From NCBI GenBank assembly GCA_964187785.1, contig OZ076418.1, positions 45,260,001 through 45,324,000 of the forward strand: a DNA stretch of 64,000 nt. The letters are read 5' to 3'. The number at the start of each line of letters is the position of its first letter. The first letter of the stretch is position 1. The notes beneath the pieces were generated by a model. It did no database searches. It had not been told where the DNA came from and worked only from the letters and a program-made list of their open reading frames with translations. The stretch comes from Amphiscolops sp. MND2022. Taxonomy: Eukaryota. Made by a program: the position numbers and the translations under genes. Below, piece by piece: positions 61,245 through 64,000 of this stretch.

Positions 61245-61597
61245 GCAAAATGGTTGTTCCCGTGTCGGGTGTTTCTTACCAAGGTCCGGAAGAATACTCA
61301 GTGCCTCGAATAATCAATCTGGACAACTCTGGCACTGGCATCAGAAGCGAAGACTTAAATGATTGTTTTCAAATGTCTCAAGCGATCGATTCAGAAAGCA
61401 CGATCCTGCGAGTTCAATTGGAAGTGACAACAAACATTTCTATCGTACAAGTTCTGACACCCATGCAAATCAACCAACGTTTGTTTGATTTTCGAAGACT
61501 TCCGGAGTTTGGCCTTGCTAGAAACAATAGTTTTTTGTCTTTCAAAGTTTACGGTCTTAAAGTAACAGATGAACTCGAAACACGTTGTATCAAGTAA
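61245..61597 (+). CDS. Secreted lectin-like gene, exon 5 (second F5/8C-like domain); 3' boundary uncertain
   Basis: cctgtAG, phase 1; SVPRIINLD..DCFQM..LRVQLEVTTNISIVQVL; ends at TAA 61595-97 or at a GTAAC donor (61562 or 61594). Confidence 0.7.
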
Positions 61598-62027
61598 CAA
61601 TGTAAATTACGAACTTTTCAGATGCCCAAGGTTAATTTTTTTGAAGCTTCTCAAACTACCGACACCAGAGCTGAGTTTTGAAGCTTTTTTAAAAACGACT
61701 TAATGGCAACGACTTTTCTCACCTATTTTGAAGAAGTGGCTTATCCGAAAAAGCTTCCCCAAAAAATGAAAATTCTGCACTTTTATTTTATTCTTTTAAA
61801 TCACCGGGTTAATTTATTTTTTCCGAGTTTTCATACTTTCATGAACCTGTTCTTTCATTTGCGTTTTCGTTCTCTCTATCAGTCCCTGAATCTATCTGTG
61901 CCTGTATGACTTCAAATGTGTGAGTTTTCTCTAAATCCCAAGACACCCCCACCATACGGAGAACCAAATTCCTAAATAAGTATCTCCTATGAAAATGTCA
62001 TCGCAGGCGAAACTAGGTTTCGCTTAC

Positions 62028-62349
62028 TGTCAGAACGGGTCACGTTCGTATTAATAACGGTGTTGAGTCCGCTACATTCGGTTGTCGATGATGATATTTT
62101 CTCAGTAAGGGCTAACACAATGTTTGTTAATTCACTGATTTGTTTGTTCATCTCCATGAAACGTTGATCGACAGAATTCAAACTGGAGTTATGTCTAACA
62201 TCGATTAGATCTCCATTCTCGAATTCATTTATCTGATTTCGTGATAACGTGTTAGGGAAACTATATCCGCTCTCGTTGTCACTATTTTGTTCCATTCCGC
62301 TGGAACACGCTGCATAACTATCTACGTTTTGAGATCTAGTATTGACCAT
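62028..62349 (-). CDS. Gag-like N-terminal ORF encoded inside the LTR (MVNTRSQ...NVTRSD)
   Basis: 107 open codons running to the LTR edge, with a coiled-coil-like QRFMEMNKQISELTNIVLAL. Confidence 0.6.
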
Positions 62350-62964
62350 CTTCGAATCTTCGAAAGGAATTGTTGTTTTAAAGGTTTATTGATACAAATT
62401 GAAAATATGAATATCAAGTTTTGAGTAAATCAATGAGGTAAGCAACACTACGTCAGGTGATGGTAAATTTTGTACTGATGGTACTTCAACGCTTGTCGCA
62501 ATTTTCACTGCAGCTGGTCACGTGACCGCATTGACCAATAGTGTTGCGCTATTGATTAGGTGTTAATTGGTGCGTCCTGCTGGTAGCAACGTAAATGGCG
62601 TTTAGTACAAAAGGTAGCACCGATATGTTACCATGGTTACATGAATAATCTATTACTTTAGTATTGCGTTGGTTGATGCAAAATTGAGTCTATGATGGTG
62701 CACTACCATCGTTATATATGATACTACATTTTACTGATGAAATTAAATATGATGAAAGCACTTGTACGTAGCGTGTAATGAGTAAATGATGTCAACGTTT
62801 ACAATTCGTTTTTATTTTAGGAAGTAATAATGATGATGGGATAGGCCCGTCATTGTTCAATGGTAATTCATGGTTATTGAAATATCAAGAGTATTACATT
62901 TAACTGAGTTTTTTAAATGTTTAGAATGTTTTTTATCAGTTTCGTTCATGCTTCCGGCATGACA
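62028..62964 (-). repeat. 937-bp 3' LTR of a Gypsy-type element
   Basis: Termini TGTCA..TGACA; PPT AAGAGGGGGAG immediately upstream; AATAAA at 62385-90. Confidence 0.8.
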
Positions 62965-64000
62965 CTCCCCCTCTTTAGAAGAAAAAGCGGTGTGCAGGGT
63001 CTTTGGAAATCTGGTGGCGGGGAGGTGTGGTAAATGTAGCAGCTTTATTTATGTAGGAAGTGTTGGTTGTCTAATCTTTCTACGAAGGTTATTTGACTGG
63101 TGTAGTGACTTCAACTACTTTTGGATTGTCCGTTGCGGATGATGTCATAGCAACCTCATCGGCAGTGGTGAGTCGCTTTTATGGCTTGGAATATTCGGAT
63201 TGGTTGGGACCAATTGTTACTTCGATTCGGTTCAGCAATTGAGAGGAAGAGAATGAATTTAGCGTGACGAATGAACCACCTCGGTAAAGAGTAATTGTAG
63301 AGTCGGTGTGGCGAGAGTAGCCACGTCATCCAATTGTGCGCGTCGTTTGTAGTAAGAGTTTAAGTAAGAATGAATCTGCCGGAAATTAGTTGAAAGTGGC
63401 AGCGTGGTATAATTACTCGGCTAATTCGGTAACTGTTCGGAAGTGAATGTAGTGGAACATCGTGCGCTTTGTCAACAAATCTTCGTCGGTGCCAAATACG
63501 AGATCAGGAAGTAAGCTTGGTTACAGTTGATTCAGTTGTTGATTGAAGTTGTTATTGTCCAGTTAGCGGTATACCAGGTGGATGTAATTTGACTAGCAGT
63601 AAATCGGTTCAGCGATGCTGTCTGCATCTAGGTTGCTCTGCGTGGAAAACTCAATTGCAGTGTATTAAGACTTTCGAATTTGGCATTTTGTCTTCTTGTT
63701 TCCCTTTTCCTTTTTTTTTGTTTTGAGTAGATTCCGGCGATCTTTAGTATTCGAACGAAATCGTTCTTTGAGTTTGAATTTTTTCCAAGTGAACTATTTT
63801 CGAGTAAATTCGGTTGGAATTTCTCTTTGTGATATTCCGGTGTCTTGTGAACACAGAGGGTGTGGGTGATCAGACCACATCTCGTATCGTCAAAGACGCT
63901 GAAGCCTGGTAGATTGCGAATTCTACAGTTATAGACCTTTGTTGTCTCGTTCGCCATTCGTTGTTCGTGATTAGTTCCATTACTTTAATGTTATCACCTG
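62965..64000 (-). mobile_element. Internal 3' region of the same LTR element (continues beyond the window)
   Basis: Adjacent to the PPT; decayed coding-like sequence. Confidence 0.65.

Overview
AT-rich, intron-containing eukaryotic (probably invertebrate metazoan) genomic DNA, mostly transposable elements; the species cannot be determined from the sequence. Host genes: two minus-strand exons of a CAP/SCP-family gene (705-2038), and a five-exon plus-strand gene for a secreted protein with signal peptide, PAN/apple-like Cys motif, EGF and two F5/8C-fucolectin-like domains (47478-61597; all junctions phase 1). Mobile elements: two complete but mutated Ty3/Gypsy (Mag-like) elements with LTRs, tRNA-Ser PBS, PPT and 5-bp TSDs (6634-12493, 26305-32172); a 3' fragment of a relative of the first; the 3' end of a third Gypsy-type element with a 937-bp LTR; BEL/Pao and Gypsy relics; two APE-RT LINEs; an internally deleted RTE; tRNA-derived repeats; MITEs. 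The two most notable unexplained signals are (1) a 1.5-kb non-coding unit (52513-54019) where a CArG/CRE/CCAAT/TATA promoter precedes a ~43-nt-period array of co-varying stem-loops, and (2) a 35-codon exon or sORF behind a 3' splice site after the pol stop, conserved with synonymous changes between two diverged Gypsy copies. All alignments and counts were done by eye; no database searches were run.
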